Shown: positions 23,886-37,320, counted from the stretch's first letter. The stretch is DNA of 64,000 nt from Squalus acanthias (GCA_030390025.1 CM059432.1:40798001-40862000), one strand, 5' to 3'. Notes: generated from the sequence alone by a model not told the origin. Translations and numbers: made by a program.

Positions 23886-24901
23886 ATGGCTGATTTAATT
23901 TTTCAGTCTGAGATTTTAGAGTGAATTTCTGCAGCGGTTCTCTCAATTGTCCATTGTTACCTTCAACGGAAGAGCTGCAGGAATCCCAGAAACACATTGT
24001 AAGCAGCATTTACACTGTTTGCCAGGGATTCCGCAGCTCTTCCGCTGAACTTGCATAAGATTGTAAATCCTTCCTTTTACAATTACATTTAAAATCTGCT
24101 TAATTTTATGTATTACCTATACACACACATCTTTTATTTGTACCAGTTACTGATACAAAAGTCTATAGATTTGTGACTAAAGCGCTGATAACGTCCCAAT
24201 TCATGTACTTTTTAAATTATGTTCTTGATCGTATTTATAGATGGCGTCATATTAATGATAATATTATTTAAATATTTCTTTGTCACTCATATATAACTTT
24301 TATTATATTATTGTACAGTAAAGATTCAACACCCACTATGTTAGATTAAACTTAAATTTTAATATGGCAGTGGTCCCTTTAAGGATCCCAGCTTAAAACA
24401 TGTCATGAATGACGTCACCACACCCGCTTCATCTAATTGGGCCGGGTAACATGCTGGGCGGGCTTAATAGGCCCCATTAAGGTAAGTTCACTTTCTACAT
24501 CGGGATGGAGGCAGCAGCGGGTTCGCAACCCGCCACGGACACCGGCCGCACCGGACTCGCCAAGGTAAGGAAAATTCTGGCCACTGTGTAAAACACTTTC
24601 TTACTTATCTTCTGTCCCACACCCAGCCCACCCCCCACCAGCCTGCTGCTGCAATCTTCTGCCAGCCTTGACTGTTTGAAGGCTGCACTCCTAATTTCCA
24701 GGCCCCTCTAGCCCACTACTCCTGTGCTATATGGGAGTTACGCTGCTTAACCATCTTTAACAAGAAAGAACTTGCACTTATATAGTGTCTTTCATGACCT
24801 TAAGATGTCCCAAAGAATTTCACAGCCAATGAAATACTTTTAAAGCATAGTCACTGTTGTAATGTAGGAAATGCAGCAGCCAAAAGTCCCAGCAATGAAA
24901 T

Positions 24902-26680
24902 GTCATGCTGCTTGTCTGACATCCAGTCCTGGATGAGCAGAAATTTCCTCTAACTAAATATTGGGAAGACCGAAGCCATTGTCTTCGATCCCCACCGCAA
25001 ACTCTGTTCCCTAGCCATCGACTCCATCACTCTCCCTGGTCACTGAGGCTGAACCAGACCATTCGCAACCATGGCGTTCTATTTGACCCTGAGATGAGCT
25101 TCTCACCACATATCCTCTTCATCACCAAGACCACCTACTTCCACCTCCATAACATCGCCCATCTCCCCTCCTGCCTCAGCTCATCTGCTGCTGAAACTTT
25201 CATCAAAGCCTTTGGGGGAAAAATTCAGTTGGTTGCGCCTCCCGTTAGCGCCTTAAGAGGGCGCTAATGGGGCGCAAAGCAACTAGCACCCAGGCGCAGC
25301 GATGTTTGTGCCGCTCGCGAAATTAACTAGACATTTTGTGGCGGCGCTAAACACTACCGCCACGATCTCCAGCGCCGGCAGATCGTGACGTCAGTCGAGT
25401 GCGCAACGCCCCAGTAGTGCCCCGGAGCGGATATTGAGTGGCGCCCCCTGCCTTACCGCCTGCCACTAGCAATGACAGGTTGAGGGGAGCGTTTTGCAGT
25501 CAGGAAGGGACTGGGGGAGCGCTATTTAAAGGCGACCGCTTCCTGCCTTTTTTTGTTGGTGACATTTTTGAACCACGCATTCTGAGAGAGAGAGAGACTT
25601 CTGGAGAGATTCAACGCTGTGTGAAGAAGTTTTGGGTACTGAGCAGCACTTTGCAGGTTAATTTTGATTTGCCCTTCCTTGTATCGATTTAGAAGAGACT
25701 GTGGGGGTTGCACTCTGAGCTCTTTCCCTGGTTCTCTCCATTGTTCTTTCCAGCAGATTTTATGTACAGTTCTCTCCAGGCCGAGATTCAAGGCTGCAAT
25801 GAGCAGGATGTGGATGGAAAGCAAGATCAACCCTCCCCTTTAAGAACTGGCCGGCGCCATTGTGTGTGTGTTCCATTGCTGACTGACATCACATGAGCTT
25901 CGCCAGTGCTCTGAGTTAGCGCCTCGCTCTTCGGCCTTTGCGCCTTAATACAGATGTGTAGCGCCTGATTTAGCGCTCCAATCACCTCCAGGGGCGATAA
26001 AAGTCAAGTTTGCAGTTGGAGGCGATAATTAGCGCCAGGCGCTAATCTTTGTGCCCGGCCAATAATTGCGCCCCAAATGGGGCGATACTGAATTTCTCCC
26101 CCTTTGTTACCTCTAGACTTGACTATTCCAATATTCTCCTGGCCAGCCTCCCGTCTTCCACCCTCCATAAACTTAAACTCGTCCAAAAACTCTGCTGCCC
26201 ATAACCTAACTCGCACCAAGTCCCGTTCACCCATCACCCCTGTGCTCGCCAACCTGCATTGGCTTCCGGTCCGGCAACACCTCGATTTGAAACTTCTCAT
26301 CCTTGTTTTCAAATCCCTCCAAGACCTAGCTCCACCCGATCTCTGTAACCGCCTCCAGCCCTACAACCCTCAGAGATCGCTGCGCTCCTCCAATTCTGGC
26401 CTCTTGCACATCCCCAATTTTAATCGCTCTACTATTGGCGGCCATGCTTTCAGCTGCCTGGACCCTAGGCTCTGGAATTCCCTCCGTAAATTTCTCTGCC
26501 TCTCTCTCCTCCTTTAAGATGCTCCTTAAAACCTACCTCTTTGACAAAGCTTTTTGTCACCTGTCCTAATATCTCCTTATGTGGCTCTGCATCAAATTTT
26601 GTTTGATAAGGCTCCTGTGAAGCACCCTGAGAAGTTTTATGACATTGAAGGCGCTATATAAATGCAAGTTGTTGTTGTTG
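24902..26680 (+). mobile_element. L2 LINE 3' part, split by a MITE
   Basis: WMSRNFL-LNIGKTE..., SPITPVLANLHWLPV, L2 tail with (GTT)n; TGAAAT on both flanks. Confidence 0.88.
25214..26102. mobile_element. Harbinger-like MITE, CpG-rich
   Basis: GGGGGAAAAATTCAG...CTGAATTTCTCCCCC flanked by TTT/TTT; removal restores L2 GCCTTTGTTACCTCTAGA. Confidence 0.87.
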
Positions 26681-26699
26681 AAATAAATGACCAGATATT

Positions 26700-29262
26700 G
26701 GCCGGGAATTTCCTGTGATATATTGGCGATGAACGCCATAACTTAGACCATTGCGTGGCCCGATTTGAAAATGCCACAGCGAGGATATTGGCAAATTAGA
26801 TGCAGCGCAGCCAATGAATATTTCTGATCCAAAGGGATGCAATCCTCATTGTTCAAATGTCAGTATTTCTGGTTGGTATTTTTTAGTTTTAAGTGATACA
26901 ATCATTTACTGTCAAAGTTACGTTTTCTGGCTGTTTGAGAAATTATAATTTCCCAAATTGGAAAATATCCCAACTCTTTACACCTGAATGTATTTAATAC
27001 TTTCACAAAGTTGGATTACACTGATGCTGTTCAAAGTAGAGTTTGAATTACTCCACTCAGTGCAAACTATTTGCATCTGTTAAAAACCTGCACGCAGAAC
27101 AAATTCAGTCAAAGGCAAAAACAATTTTTTTTCAAACAATTTGAAATATATTTAGTTTTTAGTCTGATCTAATTCTTTTAATGTTTTTTTTCTATTTCTT
27201 ACCTAATCTCCTGCTCTCCCTCCCGTACACATGTTCACTGTTATTTCCCCGTTGAAACTGACCGCAACTTCAGGATGTAGCGCATGCGCATCTAAACGTG
27301 GTAATCCTGACGTTGCGGTCAGTCATTCACTGCTCCAACACTGGCTGCACTGTGGCCCCCTCACCCCCCGCCACCCCCATAGCCAGCAATCAGTGTAATC
27401 AGTGAAACTGACGAAAACTTGGGCTTTTCCACGGTAATTTCGCTGTTAAATACACCATTAAATGTTAGGCCTTGTTGGATTAGGTGTAACTTGAGTTTTA
27501 ACAACATATTGACTACTAAACAAATGATATGGCCCTGAAAAACTAATTTTAATTCTGTGAATGTCAAATTTTTCCATTGTGATAAAAATTACAATTTTTA
27601 AGAAACTTTAAAAACAAATTAAATTTTTTTTAAAAGTTTGTTCATGATTATTTCAGTTTCTACCTTATTCCCATGTGAGAGCCTCAATCTTTGTTTGGCT
27701 CTCTGTAACATTTTTAAAAAGTCTGGCTAAAAGCAGGTTCTCATTTCCTGCTTCCCTGTCTGTGAGAATTCTGCAATGTGATTGGCTGCTTACAGTTTGT
27801 TGCCGTCACAGCAGATTGCGTTAGGGATTCCCCACTATACTGCACTGAAATCCCTTACGCGTCGAAAAAGGCAAACTTCTCATCACAGAGATCGCGAGAT
27901 CTCTATGGGCAGCTTTCTTTGGGGCCAGCGGCGAACGCCTTGGCTTCGCTGTTGACCGCAAATTCCGGGCCAATATATTGTAGGAAGTCTTGTTGCTTTA
28001 ATGGACCAGAGGCATCTTTCAAGGACAGAGAGCTCGCTATGTCTGTGCTTGCACAGCCCTGTAGTATAACCATCACTTTTGTGACATGCTAAGGTTATTT
28101 GAGTCAAAATTTGTCTTATTGATGTGTGAGTTAACGCCGCAGAAGTCTGTAGGCAATGAACTGTACTGGAGCTTTCTAAAGCAAAGTATAAATCGACTTT
28201 ATGAAGCAGTTTGTTGATCACAAAGGGTCGACAATTAAACTGAGATGCCATTATCTGATTATCCAAAGATGTGTCAGTATTGCAAGGCTTTATACTTTCT
28301 AACTAATCTTAACTATCTACTTAACATTGCCCAGGCCTAACAAATTAAGATGTTTTGGACACTATAATTTGAACTTCAAATTCTTCACAGCGATCATACC
28401 ATTAACCAAATGAATCCGAACCTGTATTGACATTAAGTAATTTTACTAACTGCTCCTGAATTATCAAGGGATTTCCACATCTGCTGTTAGAAATGAGCTT
28501 TTCATGTAAAGTGATGCAGTAATCAGTAGTTGGTGTTAGGGCAAAACTTATCTGTGTGACATACATCTTTTTTGGATGTATCTTGTTATAATCCTTATTG
28601 AACTCAGTGTTTGAAAGCATACAAATTCCAGGGATTCGACTTTAAAAAATGTGGCACGGTGCACTTTTATTTGTAACGTATGGGAATTGCCTTTAGAATA
28701 AATTAACAAATGCAGAAAACACTGACAATGATTTTTATTTAGTCCTGTCTGCGTTTGGTGTTATGAGATTATGGCCCAGAAATACATGTCAGCTTCATTT
28801 TCTTATATATACACAAAACATATTGTAAACCACACCATTGATTTAAATCTGCTTACAACTGGTGCAATTGATTTGTTTTGACTTTTTTTATTCGTTCATG
28901 GGATGTGGGCGTCGCTGGCAAGGCCAGCATTTATTCCCCATCCCAAATTGCCCATTTGATTCCGCTACAAAGTGACCAGGGGCTCACCAACGTTATTCTT
29001 TAGCGATCAAAGTCACATTCATTCATTCAGCAAATTTACAATCGCCAGTGATTTTAATATGGGCAAAACTATTATAATTAACTATTCACTATTTCAGCAA
29101 GGGGAAATGGAGGAACAATGCAAAAGTCCCAGGAAATTATGTTGTGGCGTATGTAATGGCATAAGTCACATCATCATTTATTGGGGCATTTGCGTCGTAA
29201 AACGGACCCAACAATGTAGATGTGCCATTACAATGGTGCGAGTTTCCAGGAAATTCTGGGCC
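26700..29262. mobile_element. Possible 2.6-kb Harbinger-like element with AT-rich cargo and a nested partial MITE (about 27240-27971)
   Basis: GGCCGGGAATTTCCTG...CAGGAAATTCTGGGCC; flanks ATT/AAT; removal restores SINE AATGACCAGATAATCTG. Confidence 0.5.
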
Positions 29263-29348
29263 AATCTGATTTAGTGATGTTGGTTGAGGAATTAATGTTG
29301 GCCAGAATACCGGGGTAACTCCTCTGTTCTTTGCCAAATAATGCCACT

Positions 29349-30100
29349 ACAACAACAACAATGTGCATTTATATAGCACCTTTAATGTAGTAAAACTTAC
29401 CAAGGTGCTTCACAGGAGCGTTATCAAACAAAATTTGACACCAAGCCACATAAGGAGATATTCACAGAATCACAGAATCCCCACAGTGCAGATAGAGGCC
29501 ATTTCGGCCCATCGAGCCTGCACCGACACATATCCCACCCTATCCCCGTAACCCCACATATTTAATCCCCCTAACACTAAGGGTCAATTTATCATAGCCA
29601 AATCAAAATAACCCGCACATCTTTGGACCCGCACATATTAGGTCAGGTGACCAAAGGTTTGGTCAAAGAGGTAGGTTTATAGGAGCGTCTTAAAGGAGGA
29701 GAGAGAGAGATAGAGAAGCGGAGACGTTTAAGGAGGAAATTCCAGAGTTTAGGGCCCAAGCAGCTGAATGAGGGAGCACAGAGGTCTCGGAGGATTATAG
29801 GACTGGCAATTACAGAGATGGGGAGGGGCGAGGTGATGGAGGGATTTAAAAACAAGGAGGAGAATTTAATAATCAAGGCGTTGCCCGACCGGGAGCCAAT
29901 GTAGGTCAGCGAGCACAGGGATGATGGGTGCGAGTTAGGCTACTGGCAGCAGAGGTTTGAATGAGTTCAAGTTTATGGAGGGTGGAAGATGGGAGGTCAG
30001 CCAGGAGAGCATTGGAATAGTCAAGTCTAGCGGTAACAAAGGCATAGATGAAAGTTTCAGCAGCAGATGAGATGAGGCGGGGCGGAGGCGGGCAATGTTA
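29349..30100 (-). mobile_element. L2 LINE 3' fragment with a nested V-SINE piece (about 29463-29635)
   Basis: (CAA)n, ATTTATATAGCACC, reverse L2 body; insert matches the 34090-34260 SINE segment in reverse. Confidence 0.85.
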
Positions 30101-30164
30101 AGAAGGGACCCTTTAGTGGATCTTTTACCTCCACCCGAGAGGGAAAACGGGGCCATGATTTAAT

Positions 30165-30927
30165 GGACCAGAAATTCAGCTTTCAGGCTTCCTGCGGGTG
30201 CAAGCATCGCGCGCGTACTTGCCTACCGCGCCTGCAGTTGTGCTTTGGGCCCATGAGGACTTCGGGTCCTGGGCCTCCTGCAGCTGCCGGTGTGCAGTGC
30301 TTGCGTATCCCAGGGGCGCAGTTAGTTCGAAGCGTCCCCTGGGATCATGTGGGCCATGGAGAGCCAATCCTAGCAGGGCATTTTCATTCATAGATTTGAC
30401 AGGAAGACCTGTCAAATCTATGAATAGAGATCAGCCCCAAAACCACACTTAAACTTCAAATAAATTAAAAAAAAAAATCACATTTTTAAAATAACTAAGT
30501 TAAATAAATTAACTACTTTAAACAAAAATTTAAATTTTTGAAAAAATTAATTATACTTTTTAATGGTGCTAAAAATAAACTTACCTTTCTTTAATGTATC
30601 TAAAAAAGATAAACCTGTTGAAAAAATGTTTAAATTGTAATTAATTAACCACTTACCTTGTTAAAAACAGGCCTTGCGCCTCCTTTTTAAAAAGCGCAGC
30701 TTCTTCATACTTACCTTCCCGGAGAAACCTGAAAAAAAAACCTAAGTTCGCTGCGTGCGCGCAGCCTCTCCCGCGCACGCGTTCGACTTCTGAACCCCTC
30801 CCTTCAGGGGAACGGAAGTTCCGGTTTCCCGCGCATGCGCAGTGCATGCAGGAAACCGGCACTTCAGGTGGCCTTACGGGTGAGTACACAGCGCGTACTC
30901 ACCCGACAACAGCCGAATTTCTGGGCC
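30165..30927. mobile_element. Harbinger-like MITE, family M1 copy 2
   Basis: GGACCAGAAATTC...GAATTTCTGGGCC flanked by AAT/AAT; co-linear with 18682-19445. Confidence 0.87.
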
Positions 30928-31959
30928 AATGTCTCATCTAAAAGACAACACCACTGACAGTGTAGCACTCCCTCAGTACTGCACTGAAGTGCCAGCCTAG
31001 GTTATGTGGGATCTTAACCCACGACTTATGTATAATAGATATTTAAATGAGCCGACCCTGCAATTTACAGCAGGGTCAACACTGGAGAGGTTTGGTGGGT
31101 GGAAGTCCCACACGGTGCATTTGCTGAATGAATGATGTAATCATTTACAGATTGAATTATTTTTTTCAGGGGTTATGGACCTCTTGATCATCATCCATGC
31201 AGAACATTCCTTCGTGAGCTTCATATTTTTTGATGATTATTGGAATTCAATGATATTATAAAAATTAAGAGTTAACTAATTGTCCATGGGTAATTAAACT
31301 GCAAACAGTAATGGGCCCGGAAAATCTGTTGGGGTCCTGCTGGATTCACCCACTGGGAAACTGCAGGACCCAGTTGAAATGGGTCGCTGCCATTTCCGGG
31401 ATCTTCCGGCTAGCTCTGTAAGGGACGGAACTTCTGCCCATCCCTTACAAGACAAATGATGCCAAGAGGGCAACCCCTACAGCAGAGTCGGAAGTGGGGA
31501 TGCCCTATGTTGGGAGTTTCTGTTTCTCTGGCTCAGTTGGGACTCAGTTTTGGACTGGAAGCCAGTATTCCTAATGAGATGAGGTGTACCAGAATCAGAT
31601 TGGCAATAGTGGGCCCCATTCGAGGGGGATCAAGGCCAGGGAAGTGGCCTAAACCTCCAAAGAAAGGCTGAAATTTTATTTAAAAAAAATTGGTATCAGC
31701 CCCTTTTAAGTGGGGGCCAATGGAAGACTGTATAGAGTTTGGAGCAGGCCTGGACCTTCTCCACCCCACAAAAGGCAGTCAGGCACCATATTTCCCAGCT
31801 GCATGGGGCAGGCAGGTGCGGAGAAGCACCACAGTGACATGTGCTCCCACTGTCCCAATGCATTTTAGGTGCCCTCCAACTGACCATTCAAACTCTGGTG
31901 GGGGTCAGTGCTACAGGGCATCGGCAGGTGCAATGCCAATGTAATTGCTGGGATCACAT

Positions 31960-32310
31960 CCTGTGGATTTTCGGTGACCTTTGCGCCTGCCATTAGTGCC
32001 TCCGGGGGATGCTAATGGGGCGCAAAGGGCTTATCGTCCCGGGGGGGGGGAGCGAAAAAAGCGCCTCCTGAGACATTCGGCGTGGCGTTGCTGAGGTGCT
32101 ACCCGATAATGTTGCTCCCCCGCTCCGTGGAGCGCTGCCGATCGCGCCCCGACATTGCCTCAGTTACCGCCCGAGATTGCGCTCCACTTCCTGTGCGGGG
32201 CGGTTAGCCAAATTTAGCAGCCGGGGCGGTACTTCTATGCCGGGCGCTAAATGTCCGGCCTTAACTCGGTTACCACCCCCAAACAGGGCGTAACCAAATT
32301 TCGCGCCCAA
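31960..32310. mobile_element. Partial CpG-rich MITE related to 25214-26102
   Basis: GCTAATGGGGCGCAAAG shared with about 25263; ends AAATTTCGCGCCC. Confidence 0.55.
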
Positions 32311-33934
32311 GGTCTTTTACCTGGACCTATGCATTGTCCCAGTGATCCTGCATTCAATACATTGCTTGTAGAATATAAGCTGGTTCTTTTTCTACTTTTT
32401 TGGGGCAGGGAAGGGAAATTATATTTTTCTCCTTTTTCTTCTCAGGTCTCCTCATACCATGTTCTGCTGTCAAAAGAGTGAGCAGACAGCTGTTTCTAGG
32501 CATCTGCCAATGCTGCCTTGGAACTGGTGACTAAGCAATGTAAGAGAGCAGCCGAGAATAGCCCTCCATTCGGCTTTGCCTCTTTTTCATGCCCCCCTCC
32601 TGATGAGATTATGAAGTTTCCAGGTATGGAATTGAGCCTGTGCCCTACAACGCTGTAGGCTCCTAGAACAGCAATATTTCTTCTCCAGCTATACATCAAT
32701 ATGCTTTGTGAAGGTTTCAGTGGTAATTTTGCAAGGTGCCGCTCCTGATGTGGAATCTCGCTGGAGGACGCAGAATCAGCCCGATAGTCTTCTAGCCCTA
32801 ACTCAGATCCATGGTCCTATCTAGGAAAGCTCCACGGCAGGAGCCTCACCTCACATAATCTCCTCTCTAACGCCAGCTCGCACCGAGGAGAATGTGAGCG
32901 ACATGTGGAGCACAACATATATCAAAATAGGAATCACAAGCATAGCATTTTAAAGTGTGTTTATGTTCTAGAGTTCTTTTGCTATGTAGTAAAAGGGAAG
33001 AATCAGCGAGAATTCTTGTTCCTGATCACAACCCAGTGACTGCTGTTGGAAAATGGACGTGTGTGGATGTCAGGTGTGGCTGTGATGCTTCCCACAGTAG
33101 AATAGCCTGCCAATACTAAGTGACTTGGTTCAAATTTGAAGAATGGGCATCTGGGTGAGGCCTCAGAGGGTGACGAGCACTCTGGAATCATTCCACAGTA
33201 TGAGTCAGTGCCTTCAGGAGGGAAGAAAATTGTTGGGTGGGGAAATACCTTCCTTAACAATTCTGGTGAGTTTGACTCATCTGCATTAAGTTTTCACTCA
33301 CCAAAAACGTACTTGTCCATTAACTCTTAAATAGAATAAGGTACAGCTCTGAGACAGGGAAGACCTAGGAATAGGCTAGAAAATGTTAAGGCGTAGCAAT
33401 AAAACCGAGAAAAAATAATGAAGGATTAGGAACAAAGGTAAACACACTGAAATTACTTCCATTTACAAAGTAACCTGACCTGTCAGCAACTGGAACTTTT
33501 CAGCACAGATAACTCAGGTGCCTCATACGTAATCTGTGAGGTATGTACAAGTGTTTTGGTGAGACTAATGTAGCTGTGCTATCTCAGCTGGAATCTAACA
33601 AAACGCTAAGGTTTAATTTGAGCCCAGCAGTCCACTGGGATATTGGAAGCAAAATCTGATTTTATATTCAATTCAAAACAGTGCATTGGGAATGGGTGAG
33701 AAGCAAAGCATTGGAGCAGGTGAGGGAAAAGGAATGGTTCTTTCTCGTCATTAATGGCACAAGTACAAAAGATCAGCTGCTGCTCTGTAGTCTCTCATTT
33801 AGTACTATTGCCATTAATTGAATTTAGTTGTATAGAATAACATAGAAATTACAACATTGAAACTGGCTGTTTGGCGCAACCAGTCTGTGTTGGTGTTTAT
33901 CATCCACATCAGAAATTGACCTAATCCCATGTAC

Positions 33935-34353
33935 AACACGGTGGCATAGTGGTTAGCACTGGTGCCTCACAGCGCCAGGGACCCGGGTTCGAATCTGGCC
34001 TCGGGTGACTGTCTGTGTGGAGTTTGCACATTCTCCCCGTGTCTGCGTGGGTTTCCTCCGGGTGCTCCGGTTTCCTCCCACAGTCCAAAAATGTGCGGGT
34101 TAGGTTGATTTGGCTATGATAAATTGACCCTTAGTGTTAGGGGGGGGATTAAATATGTGGGTTACGGGGATAGGATGGGATATGTTAGGGGGAATTAAAT
34201 ACGTGGGGTTACGGGGATAGGGTGGGATATGTGTCGGTGCAGGCTCGATGGGGATTCTGTGTGGGAGGGCAGGGATAGGGTACTGGATTTGGATGATCAG
34301 CCATGATCGTATTGAATGGTGGAGCGGGGCCGAGTGGCCTACTCCTAGTTTCT
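33935..34353 (+). mobile_element. V-SINE (HE1-like), tRNA-derived with CR1 tail
   Basis: A box TGGCATAGTGG, B box GGTTCGAATC, core TGTGGAGTTTGCACATTCTCCCCGTGTCTGCGTGGGTTTCCTCCGGGTGCTCCGG, tail matching 16405-16500, TSD ATGTAC (33929-33934, 34354-34359). Confidence 0.92.
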
Positions 34354-35039
34354 ATGTACCTGCCCAGTTCCCATATCCCTTCACCCCCCTATCTAACCTA
34401 ATCTTAAATTTTGACAATCTGCTTTAATCTCGAACTCTGGTAATGCATTCCACAGTCTCACAACCCTCTGTGTAAAAAAAGTTTCCCCTGCTCTCTGTCC
34501 TAAATCTCTAATTTAGTCTTATATCCACGTCCCCTCACTCCAGATCCCTCAATCACTGGAAACAGTCTGTTTGATTTACTGTATGCTACCCCATCAGCAT
34601 TTTAAACTCCTCCATCCAATCACCCCGTAATCTCATCCGTTCTCATGAAAACAGCTCCAATTTTTCAATTCTTCATTCATATTTCCTCCTGCTTCTCCTT
34701 GTCCCACAAAGGAAAGATTGCCACTTACCTTGGAGGGCCTCTTCGCCCTCTCGACAGCTTCTGACCTCCCTTTATTCAGCAGGAAAGCCGTGGCAACTTC
34801 CTCATTTGAGGTCAGAGTTAAAATCCAACTGATGTAACGGGACACCGACTTGCATAAATTTAGGAGGCTCTCGTCTGCTTCCGGTGAGTACTTCAGCCAC
34901 TTAGTTGCAGTGAGCAACTGTAATGGTGGCCAGTGGGAACAGAGTGTTAGGGCTGAATGCTCCATTTAAATGCCCCCTACCCCGTTCCCACCAGGCAGGA
35001 TAAGGTTAAATCCCTCCCCTCCTCACTGTTTGCCAAACC

Positions 35040-37320
35040 ATCTACTTTTGTGTCAACAGCAAATTTTTAAATTGTGTTCTGTATACCCAAATCCAGAGCA
35101 CTGACTCCTTGGGGTACAATCCTTCTCCAATCCAACCACCCCAATTTACCCTAAATCATTGTTTCCTGTGTATCAACCAACTTACTATCCATGCTGCTAC
35201 ATTTCCTCTTGTACCATATGCCTGAATTTTTTAACAAGCTTCTTGTGAAACATCTTATTGAATGCCTTTCAAAAACCCATAGACACTACATATACTGCAA
35301 TCTCTTTATCTATCTCAAGGCTAAAGGGATCAAGGGATATGGGGAGAAAGCAGGGACAGAGTTCTGAATTTGGATGATCAGCCATGATCGCATTGAATGG
35401 CGGAGCAGGCTAGAGGGGCCGAATGGCCTACTCCTGCTCCTATCTTCTATGTTTCTATCCAATTAGTCACCTTCAAAAAGCTATATTAAATTTATCAAAC
35501 CACAACTTGCCTTTAACAAATCCATGCTGGCTGTCCTTTATTAATTATGCATTTCTAAGTGTTTAGATTGAATTATGGATTCTAAGAGTTCACCCACAAC
35601 TGATGTTAGAGACCTAATTTATCATTCTTTCCCATACCTAGGAATATAGGAACAGGATTAGGCCAGTCTCTCGAGCCTGTTCCATCATTCAATCAGATCA
35701 TGGTTGATCTGTACCTTAACTCCATTTACTCACCTTTGATCCATATCCCTCGATACCTTTACCTAACAAAAATCTATTGATCTCAGTCTTGAAAATTTCA
35801 GTTGAACCAGCATTCATAGACTTTTGGAGGAGAGTTTCATATTTTCACTTCCCTTTGTGAAAAAGTGCTTCTTGATTTCATTCCTAAAAGCTTGAAGTTG
35901 TGCCCCCTTGTTCTGGATTCCCGCACTAGAGGAAATATTTTTGCTGTATGTACCCTATCAAATCCCTTAACTTGATTAGATCAGCCCTCAAGCTTCTAAA
36001 CTCAAGGGAATACAAGCCACGTTTATGCAACCTGTCCTCTTAATTTAACTCTCTAAGCCCCGGTATCATTCTGGTGAATCTGCGTTGCACCCCCTCCAAG
36101 GCCAATATATCCTACCAGAGGCACGGTGCCCAAAACTGAGCGAGTACTCCAGATGGGGTCTGACCAAGGCTCTTTAACTGAAGCAACACTTCCTCCCCTT
36201 TGTATTCTAGCCCCCTAGATATAAAGGCCAACATTCCATTAGCCTTTCTGATTACTTTTGTACCTGTGCACTAGCTTTCAGTGATGTGCATATGGACACC
36301 CAAATCCCTTTGCTCCTCAACAATTCCTTATCTCGCACCATTCAGAAAATATTCCAATTTGTCTTAATTGAATCTAAAGTGGATGACCTCACACTTCACC
36401 AAATTGAACTTCTTGAATAAAGGCGCTATATCGGTTACTTTTCAATCCCATGGCACAATTTGCAAACTTAAAGAGGATTGAAAAATTGTGGCCAGAGCCT
36501 CTGCTCTCTCTTCTCTGATACCTTTCATAAGGATAGGGTGCATGACATCAGGCCAGCGACTCATCTACCTTGAGCTCTGCTATTGTTTTAAGACCTTTTC
36601 TAATTATCTCGAACAATTATTCATATCCTCCTGTAATATACTTGCATTCTCACTTCCATCAATTCCAATGCAATATATTTATTTAATACCACCACCTTAA
36701 AATTCATCTACCAGAATTAGACTCCCGACTTCACCCAGAGGGGTTCTACTCCCCCTTTAACTAATCTTACTTTTTATATGTTTATAAAATCCCATAGTAT
36801 GTTCTTTTATATTATCTATTAATTTTTTTCATATTCCCTCTTAGCCCTTCTAATCTCCTTTTTCACCTTCTACTACACTCTTTATATTCCACATGACTAT
36901 CTTTAATATTGCTCACCCTAATGTTATCATATGCCTTTCAAGTTTCAGTTTAGTTTTAGTCTCTATTTATTCGCAAGACTCTATACTTTGATGCACCCGC
37001 AGTTCATCTTATAGATATATATTTATTTTATGCTGTATGCATCTTGTATTTGAAGGTTTCCCACTGCTAACTTGTTGAACTGTTTGCTAATTTTTCTACC
37101 CAGTTAATTTGGGTCAGATCCCTTCTTATCTTGCTGAACCCTGCATTTTTCCAGCCCTTATCTTCATTGTCCTTCTCTATTCTTACATTGAAACTAACCA
37201 TGTTATAATCACTATTTCCCAATTGTTCTCCTACTTTCACATTAGTTATTTGCCCCATTTCATTTCCCAGAACTAAATCAAGCAATGCTTCTTTCCTTGT
37301 TGGACTACAAACACACTGGG
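35040..37320 (-). mobile_element. Cluster of decayed CR1 fragments (mostly minus strand, mutually nested)
   Basis: Reverse RT and endonuclease motifs (e.g. SPTRKEALLDLVL); CR1 tails at about 35317-35458 (+) and 35638-36410 (-). Confidence 0.75.

Larger units (their letters stand above)
21196..24582. mobile_element. Harbinger-like TIR element hosting nested LINE-B and RTE insertions
   Basis: GGGCTGAATTTTCC...GGAAAATTCTGGCC flanked by ACT/ACT; subterminal arms resemble each other in inverted orientation. Confidence 0.65.
24760..31030 (-). mobile_element. Single Deu-core SINE (SacSINE/AmnSINE-like) fragmented by nested insertions
   Basis: Co-linear pieces at about 24760-24900, 26680-26699, 29263-29348, 30118-30164 and 30928-31030; first three align to the uninterrupted copy at 42980-43225. 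Confidence 0.75.

Noticed and set aside
33935..34005. tRNA gene
   Set aside because: A and B boxes continue into the V-SINE core and CR1 tail with a TSD; it is a SINE head. Same for 59408-59500.
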